Shown here in pieces: positions 51,287 through 63,645 of a stretch of DNA of 64,000 nt. The stretch is taken from the NCBI RefSeq assembly GCF_009834535.1, contig NC_045696.1, positions 110,796,001 through 110,860,000 on the forward strand, read 5' to 3'. The translations under genes and the position numbers were made by a program. Source of the DNA: Camelus ferus (lineage: Eukaryota). The notes beneath the pieces are model-generated. The model did not search any database. It was not told the DNA's origin and worked only from the letters and a program-made list of their open reading frames with translations. The stretch's first letter is position 1; every line of letters begins with the position of its first letter.

Positions 51287-51710
51287 AAGATGAATGATCA
51301 GTATTAGGGGACTCCAGAAAATGTTTTTGAGTAGACTTTAAATTTAAGATACTAAGATACCATAATAAGTAGAACTGACTATTTAATTTTATAACTGACT
51401 ACAAATTAAGATTGCAGTGTGCAGTCTATAACATATGTAATTTTCACTTGAAGTTATTCAAGACTCATTGTCCGGGTTCACATCACAAATAAAGTTTCAT
51501 CTTTAGAAAATCTAAACCATAAAACCAAAGTCAGTCATGAGTCACATGCAATTACATATTTAATTTGAATTTGTAGACTTTAAAAATTAAGTTCCAAAAG
51601 AATTAGGGAACAAGTTCAATTTCCCGTTTTCTTAGTTCCCCATTTTTTTTTTTTTTCAGGAAATTGATGTAAGGGACACCTAAAGGCAAAAGTGTTCTTA
51701 ATAATCATGC

Positions 51711-51724
51711 ATGACTCAGCAAAT
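51711..51724 (+). promoter_or_regulatory. Consensus CNC-sMAF (NRF2/NF-E2) antioxidant response element
   Basis: ATGACTCAGCAAAT in non-repeat DNA; motif match only. Confidence 0.4.
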
Positions 51725-52679
51725 CAGGCTCAGAGCCAATCACTAGTAACATCATAGAGCCTTCAAAATCCAAGACAACCAGTGATGGAAATGTTCACGA
51801 GATTCACTCTTAATTTTAAACTAGGTGTTGCATCCAATCACTTAGACCTTCTTTCTTCTCCTACCTTACCACCTTCTCATTTTCACTTCCTGTATCCTTG
51901 TCAGGTAGAGCTCCCACAGTTTGTATTTCTAACGAGCAGCATCTTTCCTTTTCCCTGTTTGTTCATGTGGTAGGCAAGCACATTTTGTCATTGGAACTTT
52001 TCTTTCCCAGTAGGCTTTTAAACTGGGAGAAGAGCTTGTAATCCTGAAGAGTTTGGGGCAGAAAATAAATAGATTTTGTTATTCTGCACAGTATCAGCAC
52101 TGCTATTTTTACCTTCCGGTACACTGTTAAGAGAGCATTATCTGTTTACTTGTTTAAAAGGAAGAACATTTTCTTTTATGAGCAAAATATTCCAATGGCC
52201 TCATTTTTCTCTATCTGTGCCTGGTTGCATCAGCTGTCTGGCGCTTTGTTTCAGAGGCAATCAGAATGATTAGCAAAGTTAATGCTTTCAGCTAGTTCTA
52301 AGGACAGGTGGATTTTTACATTTTCCACCCCACCTTCAACTTTCTGTTAAATAAAACAGGAAATGAATACAGTTGGACATTGAATGCCTCTGTTCCCAGC
52401 TTGTCTCTCAAAGCAGAGTGGAGGCAAAGTAGGTAGAGTGAGTGAGTGGAATATTCCAGACTTTTTTTCCCCAGAACATGATTTGATGTCTATTTGATTA
52501 AAGAATCATTAAAACATTTGGTTGCTCTTAGGAATTTCTCTGAAATATCTAAGTAGGGAGGCATTTCAATGCAGTAAGGTCAACTGGGACTTCTGGTATG
52601 TGATATTCCTGGGATTCCAAAAGTCTGTGGCCAAATATTTTAGGTTATGGGAAGCTAATTCTTAGATGTTAGACTTTCA

Positions 52680-53420
52680 TTTGTTCATTTATTCATTCAT
52701 TCACTGAGTACCCATCGGGACTCAGATTCTGTTTTACATGCTGAACAGATTATGGTGAAGGAGACGTGTTCCTCGTCTTTTCCAGTTTCTAGTGGTGGAA
52801 GAGATCATTGCAATACAAAAACTAGAGTAGTTTTAAGTAATTTAATATAGACAGTGCAATGAGAACATTTAAAGCAGGGCAGTAAGTCTGTCTGAGGGTG
52901 GTCCAAGAAGTCTTCCTAATGGAAATTTGGAAAAGATGAGGGGTGTGGTTTGGGAAAAGGTGGACACAATTAGTAAAAACCAAATTCAAGCAGAGGGAAC
53001 AAAATGACCAAGAAATGGGGCATAGGAGAGCCATACCCTGTTTGGGAAAGAATAGGGAGGAGCATTTGGTGTGTCATTGGCGGGGGGTAGAGGGGGCAAT
53101 TCTGTGAAGGGAGGGGAGGCCAGTTGAGGAGGGGCTTGTATGACATGCTAGGAGTTTTAACTTTGTCCTCCTGGGCTATGAGGGGCTACTGAATAGTTCT
53201 GAGCAGAGGACTGATGTTGTAAATTATGGAATATTTTTCTGGTAGCAGTTTACAGTACGGGTCAGAGGCAGACAAGTGATGCGTGTGCCTTTTAGGATAC
53301 TTTCAATGAGTGATGATGAAATAGGCCAATAGTGGGGAAGGATATGGATTCAAAAAAGGCCACAGAATTTTGTGTTCGTTGAATGAGGGAGGGGATGGGA
53401 GAGAAATAAAATTGTGGATT
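52680..53420 (-). mobile_element. L2 3' end and body
   Basis: ttcatttattcattcattcactgagtacc terminus; catgctaggagttttaactttgtcct. Confidence 0.7.
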
Positions 53421-53429
53421 TTCTTTTTA

Positions 53430-53650
53430 ATTTATTAAGCTTTTGCGATGTGCCAGCACTTTGCAAGATGGCTTCATTTAATCACCAAACCAGCTCGATG
53501 AGGTAAGGTACTGTGATCATCCCCTTTTATAGATGGGCTATCTGAGAATTAGAAGCTAAATCTTGCCCAAGATCAGAGCTAATAAAGCGTGAGCTGGGAT
53601 TTAACCCCCAGCAATCTGAACCCAGAGCCTTCAGGCCTAATTATGATGCT
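53430..53650 (-). mobile_element. MIR SINE
   Basis: atccccttttatagatggg...tcttgcccaagatcaga...gagctgggatttaacccc. Confidence 0.75.
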
Positions 53651-54129
53651 AAACTGCATCTTCCAAGTGGTTCCTTTTCCACTGATGGCAAATAGAGGAT
53701 GAGGAGAAACTCTGGGAGAGAAGGAGATGACCAAATGCGAGAACGGAGGCCGTTCTGGTTCCCATTTACCATAATATATAACCGTATAATTTGTAAAGGT
53801 GACTTAGATTGCCTTCTTGATAGGAAAAAAAAAGGCTCAGCTGATAATTCAACTGATACCACTCTGAGTCAGTTTATATATCTGCAGACTAAGAATTCAG
53901 AATACTTGCACTAATGAGAGGTTTAGATGCCTGGGTTTATACCCACATGGTCATCATAACCAACACTTGGTCAGCCAAGTATTTTTTTTTATCAGTTTTA
54001 ATCCCTTTTGTTAATTCAGTGAAGAAGATGAAGAGCCTGACTTAATTAGAAAGTGAAATTAAACACTTAGCTTCTTTTGTGATTATGAACAAAAGTAAGA
54101 AACTTCAATACAGATATGTCATTGCCACA

Positions 54130-54786
54130 CAAGGTGGCCTCACATGTTATGACCTATGCACATGGCCCCTACATGCAAAATGGCCCTATGCTTGGGTCAA
54201 GAAATTCTCTCTAATTTTATCTTTGAGTATGTGTTTTAGAAGTGAAGTCTGATGGGACAAAGAACATGTGTGCTGGGGGCTTGGACACTAGCTCATACGT
54301 GGTCTCTCCAGCTCTTTGCCTACCTGACTTAGATTCCCAGCCTTCTGCTCCTAGCCTCCCGGGCCTCCGTCTGGCCTCTACCTCCATCTCCTTGTCCCTG
54401 TCTGATTGCTGCTTCTGCCCTCTACCTGGTATGATGATTGGGCATGTCAGCAGGGGAGGCCTGTGTCTCCTCTTTACCCTCCTCTTCCAGTAGGGTGTGG
54501 ATGCTGTGAAGAGATCTGGGTGGAGCTTGCACCCTGTGACATCCTCTTTGGGGCAAAGAAGAGGCCATCCCTGACCATGACCTGTTTGGTGGGTGATTCG
54601 GTGGCGACCTCTTGCCCACATCCTACAGGAATGGAGGTTGAAGTCTCCTGGGGAGGGGTGGTCTCTCACCCATTGTCAAGTGGGATGCTGGTGTGTGGGA
54701 AGGGAAGATTGAACTCCCCATTCCATACTGGGGCTCCACGGCTTTACTTTGCATGGGGAACCCCACAAATTATGTAGCTGGCCCTA
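54130..54786 (+). mobile_element. MER115-like hAT-Tip100 element
   Basis: aagtgaagtctgatgggacaa...; end ttgcatggggaaccccacaaattatgtagctggccct. Confidence 0.7.
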
Positions 54787-55691
54787 TATCCACTGTCTCT
54801 TGCCTTACTTTGTATATAATAAATGCATAGACTGAACTTTGTTAAATATGAATCCACCAAATGTAGAAGTGCCTGTCATAACCACGTGCCAGCTTACTGA
54901 CTTAGAACTTAAAATGAAGTAACATATAGATAAAGCACGAAACAATAATGTAGTGACTTAAAATCTGATTAAGACACGTGCGTTTTACTCATGGTTAATA
55001 AACTCAAGAAAGGATAATTAGAAAATTAACAAGCTAGAGTCTCATTTTGGATTCTGTTATAAAGAGTAATTGTGTGTAATAATTCTTAAATCTTGCCTGG
55101 AGACATCAGTACGGGTGAAAGTTGTGTTAACTATGGGTTGCTAAATCACCAATGTGAAAATTAGATCTTTTTCTCAAAGTCCAAATTAAGTTAAATTTTA
55201 TTGAACAGGTACACATGACTTCAGTGAAGTTAGAGATTTTGAATTTTTAAAAATAGGCAAAATATTATAGTGAATGCCAAAAATATTTAAAGCATGCTAA
55301 CCAGTGGTCTTGATCATTGTCTCCATGGGCATTTAGAATAGGCTATTAGGGTTTAGGTGTGACAGGACCAATATTCCCTTTAGTTGGCTGATTTGTATTT
55401 CCTACATCCAAAAATCACAAAAAATATTTGCATGCAATGTATCAAGTTAGCTAATTTAAAAAATTACACATCTTAAACCTCTAAGTAACCAGGTTGGGTT
55501 TTATTTTTATGATGTCATATTTTATAAGACTCACTAGTTATGTGACTTGCCAGAATCCTTCCCTCCTTTTGGTGCACCAAGTGTGATCAACAGAGCCTAC
55601 ATTATTGAGATCTCTCTTTGTTTCACTGGCCAGTGAGTTGGAGTGGTTTTGAAAAATAACGACTTACACAAGAGAAGCAGCCACCACTCAC

Positions 55692-55753
55692 CCAGCCTGA
55701 GACTGAGGATCAGCTTTGTGTGCAGCCTCTGACCCTGGGGTCTACCACCCCAA
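55692..55753 (-). other. Candidate 62-bp spliced exon (non-coding or UTR)
   Basis: Minus strand reads ttttctctttgtag|TTGGGG...GGCTGG|gtgagt; no transcript evidence. Confidence 0.3.
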
Positions 55754-57034
55754 CTACAAAGAGAAAACTTCTGCCTCCCTCTTCTTCCCAAACTTTCTGA
55801 ATGCCTCTTGAGAAGTTGTTGGGTTCAAAACTATGCTTCATGCTTGTCTTATCCCAGATTCTCTTGGGTGGAAATGCCATGGTGGACACAGGGTGGAATT
55901 GAACCTTGACCCTCCATACCTGGTGGCCTGGTCCCGACTTGACCGGAGTGCTATAATCAGCTTATCTTCTCTTAGATGTCTCACTCCTGGTGCAGAAGCC
56001 CGCCTAGATACAGTAGAAGTCAGGTTCATGATATCAGATGTTGTGATGAAATATGTAGACCATTTATCCGCATCCCACTTGGCCTTGGAGAAGAAGTTGG
56101 AACCGGAACAGAGGCACACACAGAGGCATTTTATGGAAGCCAACCAGCACTCAGTCACATGTCAGTGTGAGCCCACTCTGCTGTTTCATATAAGTAAGAA
56201 TCTTTCAGTCTCTTCAGGACGCATTCTGATAGGCTGTCTGAGGTTGTTCATGGCTTAAGGAAGATTCATCTTAAGTTAGAAAACTATTAATTGTTACATG
56301 TAATATTTCACTATATAATAGTGAAATCTATTCCATCCATTTTGATATCTTATAATTAAAATTAAGTCAATATAACTGATATTCCAAAGAACTAACCCAT
56401 AATTTATTGTATGTTATAAAGCCAGAGGTATCAGAAAGATTTCTTAGAAATTCTTCAGCTTTATAAAATGATCTTTGTATAAATAGCAGTGAATGCTTAT
56501 ATTGAATTTCTTCAGCAATCTGATTTTGAAAATATAGATGAAACTATTGTATGTTAATTTAGAGAAGGAAATAATATTTGCCTTAACTTTTTCATTAGCC
56601 AGTGTAATTGCTTCCATTACTGTGTGTCTGTGGTGGTAATAATATTATCATGCTTCAAATCAGAATATGTGCTTTTATTCTCTTGCCAGTAACCTCTAAA
56701 TTATTTTGATATTAAATGTTATTTTTGAGCATAGCTTGACAAAGGGATGCCCAAGCCACACATTTCCACAAGTGCCAGTGATGCTCTGGTCCGTCTCTTC
56801 CTTCCTCTGTGCCTTCGTTGTGTCCTGACCCATAACCCATCCTTTGATTATGCTCTGAGCAAAGCAGGGGCCTATTAAGGGGCCCTTCAACCTGTAAACA
56901 TTCTTTTCTTCCCTCCTAGGGGTGGGGCCCAAGGCAATAGGTTACAATACCCATTCTTGATCATTAAATTCCTTTTGAGGCTCCTAAGGACCTGCTCTGC
57001 CTCAGCGAAGAATATTATATAAGAATTTGATCTC

Positions 57035-57098
57035 CTACACTGGAATTTGACACAACATTGTAAAATGATTATAAATCAATAAAAAATGTTAAAAACAA
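57035..57098 (+). mobile_element. 64-bp young L1 tail
   Basis: TSD aagaat(t/c)tgatctc at 57021-57034 and 57099-57112. Confidence 0.9.
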
Positions 57099-58765
57099 AA
57101 GAATCTGATCTCAAAGAAGAGTCAGTTCTGATACCGTGGTTAACAATGCTTCTAGCAAACTCCTTCTTTTTAAGAAGGAAAGCACTACCATTTGGTGGGT
57201 TTTGTCTTGACATACTTGGTTCCAGAAATTAAAGATTCAACATGGTTTTATTTGGGGGAGAAAACCCTTTTATCTTCATTGCCTTAAATGCTGAGCCCAC
57301 GTGTGATTTCACAGAACATCCATGATGATTATCTAAGGCCAAGTTTGTGTTTAGGAACATATAACATGGAGTTTCAGCTCTTGCAGAGCTCAGCTAAACG
57401 TCATACATGGGAGTCAGGGTGCGCGTTGTTGCTTGTTATTTTACTACTGAACTTCGTAAAAACTAGGTGGCCATGAGAAACGCATTCTCTGGATGTCATG
57501 TTGCATTCCGAGTATACTGTTAGCAGTAAACTCCAATGCAAGAGCTTTAGCTATTTCTATATCTTAAATATTTGGACTTTCTGTTAAGTTTCCTCACTGC
57601 AAAGCTACTTAGCCAATTTCCAGTTGGATATAAAAGAGATGATTTATATTAGATTCATGTAGCTGATGTAGAAGTGGATAGAGTTAGTCTAAAATCTAAC
57701 AGCAGAAATCCTCTTATCTTTAGCAAAACACCTTGAGAAAGACCATTTATTTAGTAATTTATTCGTCTCAGCTTAAAAAAAAAAACTATCTATTGTGAAA
57801 AACTTCATACATTTACAGAAGTAAGGAGAGTGATTTATGTACCGATCCCTCCACTCCAACAATTTTTTACTTTGGACCAGTCATTTATCATTGCTATTCC
57901 TAGATTATTTTGAAACAAATGCAAGATTCCATACCATTTCACCCATCAGTATTCCAATATGTATTTGCAGGGACATTTTTTAACTGTGGAAATCTAGCTC
58001 CCACGCCATGAAGGTTAAGATCTACCTACATGGAGGGATTTTTGAGGTTCTGGAAGTTTTGTACTCATCTGTAAATTAAGGGGAAAATATTACCTACTGC
58101 AAAGGGCACTAGGATTTAAAAAGTTAATGTGTTTAAATATACTGTGCAAATTAAAAAATAATATAAATTATCAGATAGCATCTATTTATAAAGTAAGCAA
58201 TGCCTACGTTAGAAGAATAGTTTGTTGATGCAACTTGTTAATCTGGTACGGGTGGTCCATTAGTACTAAATCTGCGTGTTATTCATGCAGTTTAAAAATA
58301 TTTCTTGAGCACCCGCTGCTGGCCAGCCCCGGTGCCTCATGGAGGTTCAGTCTTCCAGGGACTGTAGAGAACTACTTGGCTTCAAAGCAAAATTTGCACT
58401 CCTATTTGAAGGAACTGTAAAATACCTTCCTCTCTTTGCACTATTTTAGGTATACTGATAATTTTTCATTTCAAGATTAATCAAAAGTTTTCTAAAAGGA
58501 AAAAAAAATGCAGCTTTATTAAAGAACTGAGGAGGAAATATGATTGCATCTCATCAAAAGACAACATGTAGTTAACTGGCATTATCTTCACTGGGTACAA
58601 ATTATTATTTTTCAGAACTTACATCTATACTGCTGCTGGCAGAAAAATTATAGGTATAAAATTTTATGTATTTTCTTCTTAAGCAGTCTTATAGTATTAT
58701 GATTATTTCATCTCATACATAGTGGAATGTTCTCTCAGAGTAGTTAATATCAATAATATAATTAT

Positions 58766-58922
58766 GGGGGGAGGGTATTGCTCAAAGTGGTAGAGCACAT
58801 GCTTAGCATGCACGAGGTCCTGGGTTCAATCCCCAGGACCTCCTCTAAAAAAAAAAGTAAATAAGTAAATAAACCTAATTACTTTCTTCCCCCACAAAAA
58901 TAAATAAAAACCTTATTTAAAA
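58766..58922 (+). mobile_element. tRNA-Ala(AGC)-derived SINE (Vic-1-like) with TSD
   Basis: gggtattgctcaaagtggtagagcacatgcttagcatgcacgaggtcctgggttcaatcccc; A-rich tail; TSD aatataattat at 58755-58765 and 58923-58933. Confidence 0.92.
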
Positions 58923-61900
58923 AATATAATTATATAATCCAATAATAAATAATAGCCAAAGGAAAGAGAAATGAGTAGATTTCAGGAAAACTTTATTAAT
59001 TACCAGCACCAATAAGCAGATTCATTGTGAAATACTGAAATTTTGCAAATTAATGGGTAAGTAAACAATTGATATGAAACATTCAAGTCTCCTTTCTCAC
59101 AGAATGTATGCTATTTATTTTCACATGTTAGCTTAGTCTTAATAATGGCAATTTTCATAACAGGCTAGTAAAGAAATAAAATTAATGTACATTTCAAAAA
59201 GACAGAGCGGTCAAGTAAAGTTCATGCCTGTGTACTGTGGTTTACCATCTATGAAAGTGAAGCAGGATTTTTATTTTGAAGAAAGTTAAGCTTTCTAATT
59301 TTTATAATTCAAAATATGAAATAATCAGGAGAACATAAGTTAAAAAAGTGATAAGAATAAAGCACATAAAAATGAGGTACAATTTTTACTAAATACGTAC
59401 TAATAAAAGGCTATTGTAATACAGAGGGCATTGTGGTGTTGTAAAAGTCAAAATCATAATTGGTGTTTTGGCGCGGCACACGGCGTGTTAAACACAACAG
59501 AATCATCTGTGGGGTATTATCTTACATCCCAGACAGCAGAATTGGTTACAGACTTTTCTAAAGAGTGTGGTGCTTAGATCTTCACTAGCAAATACCAGGT
59601 GAAATGTTTAAAAATAAAATGCAGCCTAGAAATATCTGGATAACCATTGGAAAACCTCCAATTTCATTCAGGTTATTGGGATTTTGTGGATTAATGTAGG
59701 TGAATAAGGCAGATTTCTAGGTGTACAAATGGAGCAGAGTTGAATGTTCCAGGGTAGCCAAAGACTGATTCCAAGAGAAGTGTGTTCTCCCCATGTGAGG
59801 TCTGCAGGCTTTACCACTTCTCTTCCAGTGATGTTTGACAGCTACTTTTACCTTCACCTTCCCTGTTTTAAAGCTTAATGATGATCTATTTTTGCTAGTT
59901 TAGTAAGTTCTTTCATTCTGGGGAACTGCTTCCACATCCATTAGCCTATCAGAGAACGGTGCAGAGAGAGAAAATGGAAACCATTTGCAGTCTATAATTA
60001 ATGAAAGAACAAGAATTGTTGAGTGTTTTCTGAATGTAAGGCTCCGTGTCTGGTATTGTGAAGGGTATGAAAAATTATCAGCAGTGGTCTCAGTTGGAAA
60101 GTAACTTTCAATCTACTTGGGAAGCCAAGACATACAGGCAGGGGAAAATGCCTGATTCCAGACAGTCTGGGTAGCTGTCAAACGAGTTACGCAGGTGACA
60201 GTTTAAGGAAACCCTCAAAGCAAAAGATCGGGCCTTGAAAACCGGGTAAGGAAGTTACTCCTGGAAGGAAAAGAATAGCAGACGTGCTGAAACTCCAGAC
60301 AGACCAACTTAGCTCACTTAGAACTGAGAATCCCATTTTGTAAATGGGATTATTTTATGATTTAATTTAATAGGCAAGCAAAAGAAAACCAAGATAAGTT
60401 AAGAGACTTCTTCAAGGTCACTGAGCCAGTTAGAGACAGGCTTAGGACTGAGAGTAGGGTCTCCTGATTTACAGTGTATATTTTTTATGTACAGTGCATT
60501 ATATTTTTATAATATTTTGAAAAGTTTGGGAAAGCAGGCTGGTGCTAGATGCAGAAGTTTGTGAATGTTTAGTTAACTTGTTTAGATTTAATTCTGGGTA
60601 GTTTGGACTAAAACCTTGAATTTCTCCAAAGTACCTCCCAACTAACCACGTTGTTTCACTGAAGGCTAATTCACCCTATTGTTTATACCTCCCTCTTAAT
60701 TTTCTTTTTGTTTCCCCCTGTGGTTTCCCCTATGCTCCTCTAACCTGGTTTCCATCTTACCTTTCCGAGTACTCTCATTTTTTCTTTCAACCCTGGCTTC
60801 TTAAATTTAGTTGTATTGCTTCTCTTCTTGCTCTTCCTTTGAGTGAGCTCCATCCAGCCCAGTAGATTTTTGTTTCACATGAATTTGGGTAAAAAAGGGG
60901 AACCAAAGGGGAATTTTATTTTCTATAATCATGTACCATTTTGTTTTGAACGCCTGTTTCTGCTGGTGGCAGAAAATGGTAAATGTAGTCATTATCACTT
61001 ATGTTAGTTTCTTTTGGCCTGAAAGTTTCTCTTCCCATTTCAAGGGTTCTTCGATTTCTTCCTCCCAAGATGGCAGCTGGGCGCAGGAGGAAGCTTCGTC
61101 CTCCCCACACTGCTGGAAGAGGACCGGCAGCTCTGCACTCCCTTCCTCTGCTGGCCTCCACTGGCCTTAGGTCAGGTGAACCCATCCCTGTGGCTCTGGA
61201 GCACCTCCCTCGGCATCCTTGGCTCGACCTGTCTTCTCTGTGGCTCTCCATGCGGTGACGGCCCGGTTAGCTAGCTAGCTATCACCACAGCCACCTTCTA
61301 TGTCCCCAGTGGGGCACATGGGAGATTGGATTCTCATCCGTGCTACACGCATGGGGACCCAGCAGGCAGCCAGGGGCACTGTGTCAGCCCCACCAGCTCA
61401 GGCACCATTTTCATACTTGCCAGCTCTTCTGTTTCACATGCCAGTCATTCAATTATCCATTGAGCAAATACTTATTGCATCCCTTATAGGTGTTAAGTGC
61501 TATTCTAGGTGCTGGGCCACAGAGAACAAAACAGACAAGCCATCTACCCTCATGAGGAAGTGCCCATCCAATCACACAGTATACAGTATCATGATGACTA
61601 CAAAGCTTCTCTGAAGCGTCCAGCCTTTTCTGGCTGTACCTGGATTGCCCCTCTCAAACACTCTGTGCGTTTCCACCATCTTCCGTATCCCACTCCCGGG
61701 GACCCCCCCTGCTGGTGTGGATTCGAGGAGGAAAAGCAAGGCTGCTTGTACCTGCCTTCTCACCTTCTTCCTATTGGTTTCTTTGAGTTTTAGAAAGACT
61801 CAGTTCCCTGTCCACTCGGCCAGAAATTGCCCTTCCAGCACATCCTTCTCCTTCCCCAGGTATCCTTTACCCAGGCCGTCCCTTCGGTTTCTAAGCCTCA

Positions 61901-62029
61901 GCCTCCTGGCATGGTCTCAATAGCATAAGGGCCCTGGGAAGAGAAGTAGACTAAATTTTCTATGAAAACAAAATACATTGGGATATGTTTTACAACATAA
62001 TTTTCATACTCATATTCATAAGACCTCGA

Positions 62030-62360
62030 AAGCTACCTGTCTGATCTCAGCCTCTCTTGCGTGCCAGGCCTAAATTTTGAACAGGATGTTTACCTGCGTG
62101 TGTAACAGGTACCTCATACTCAGCAAGTCCCGCTGTGGATGGCATCTCTTAACCTAGCCTTGTTCTCCACCTCATCACCTTAATTAGAACGTAGACATCT
62201 TCAGTTCACTCTCCCTCAAATCCTACATCTACTTCACTAGCAAGCTTTCACCAATCCTATCTCTGAAATGCCTGTAAAATCTGTCTTATCTTTTCAGTTC
62301 TCATTCTCATTATCTCAACGTTGGGTCACTACAATCTCTACCTTTCTTGCTTCTAGTCTC
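62030..62360 (+). mobile_element. L2 fragment
   Basis: aacaggtacctcatactcagcaagtcc...ccttgcttctagtctc-type L2 motifs. Confidence 0.5.
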
Positions 62361-62554
62361 TTCCTCCCCCCAGCAATGATTCAGGGGACCACCTCTGTAC
62401 TGTCCAAAAGGGACTGATAGGAAATGTATGTGCATGTGTTGGAGGGGGTCTTTTTTTTAAATCACTGTCACTTTGAATGTTACTGATACTTAACAGAGCA
62501 GCAGTCAGGGATGCTAATATTATACCATGTGACAGTCCTACGCAAGCGTGTGGA

Positions 62555-62805
62555 GCAAAACCAGCAGGAGATGCATATTAAGAGATTTATTGCAAGGAGC
62601 TGGCTTATATAACTGTGGGGGTTGGCTAGGCAAGTCCAAAATCTCTAAAGGCTGGTAGGAGGGCAGGCTGGAACTTTGGGGACAGGCCGAAACTGCTGTC
62701 TACAGATAGAGCCTATTTTTCATCTCAGAGAAGGCTCAGCTCTGCTTTGAGGACCTTCCATTGGTTGAATCCACTCCATTCAGTTATCTAGAATCATCTT
62801 CCTAA
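62555..62805 (-). mobile_element. ERVL LTR (MLT2-like) fragment
   Basis: agagatttattgcaaggagctggcttatataactgtggggg...ggcaagtccaaaatc. Confidence 0.7.
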
Positions 62806-63645
62806 CCTCCCTATCTGCCTACCAGCATCATCTTTCAGAGAATTACATCTAATCTTGATAAATTAAATGTCCATATAGGGAGTCCTAGAAATTTACTCTA
62901 AGCTTTTGTTGAATTAGAAAAGGAAGATTTCTGTGATAATCTGATAATGTCACACTAATTGAAATACGGTACATGTAATTATCACCTTAAATTTCATCTA
63001 CTTTGGGGGCCAAGGCAGTTAGTAGAGCACTTATCAGCAATAATTATTTTCTAAATTCACAAGCCCTTCATAATAATTGTGTAATTTCTTTATTTTGGGT
63101 TTCTTATTGCAGTTTTCTAATACAATTTGTATATGTTCTTAGCAAACTTTATTCACAGGCATTTTACATTCTTCTTAAATTTTCAAATATCTTTAAAGTT
63201 GACCACTTAAGAATTGAGCAAATATTGCAAGCACCTGATTCCCATTTTCTTAGTGCAAATTTTTAAAAACGTTATTCCATTTATTTATCTGAGTTGCTTT
63301 GTTTTTATTATACCATATGCCATTTACCGAGCATGCCACTGAAGGCTGTATCTGCAGTTCTCTGCTAAGAGATTAAATTAAGCCATGTAGAAAATGATAT
63401 ATTTTAAAAGGACAATATTTTTGTGAACATCTTCGGTTTTTATTGTCTAGTTGATTGTTGGCTGAATGTCCCCCAAGGCTGTGAATATGCCACAAGTAAT
63501 GACTCAGTGAATGAAGCATTAGGAATAATCATCACTCGTTGTGGAAATATTCTGTATTTGTCATGTTTTAAGCAAACAAAGCAATGCTTCATAGGCTCCC
63601 ACATAGATATGTACACAGTCCTTACATCCATGCTACAACCCCCAC

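Noticed and set aside
54217..54777. 150-aa and 123-aa ORFs in a GC-rich segment
   Set aside because: Contained within a MER115-like element; GC-rich DNA has few stops
56080..56105. Ferritin light-chain pseudogene (LALEKKL)
   Set aside because: The flanking peptide and DNA do not match ferritin
56305..56327. 10-bp perfect inverted repeat atttcactat-ata-atagtgaaat
   Set aside because: Short and AT-rich; plausible by chance in 64 kb
58766..58842. tRNA-Ala gene
   Set aside because: The A-rich tail, TSD, imperfect stems and dispersed relatives indicate a SINE
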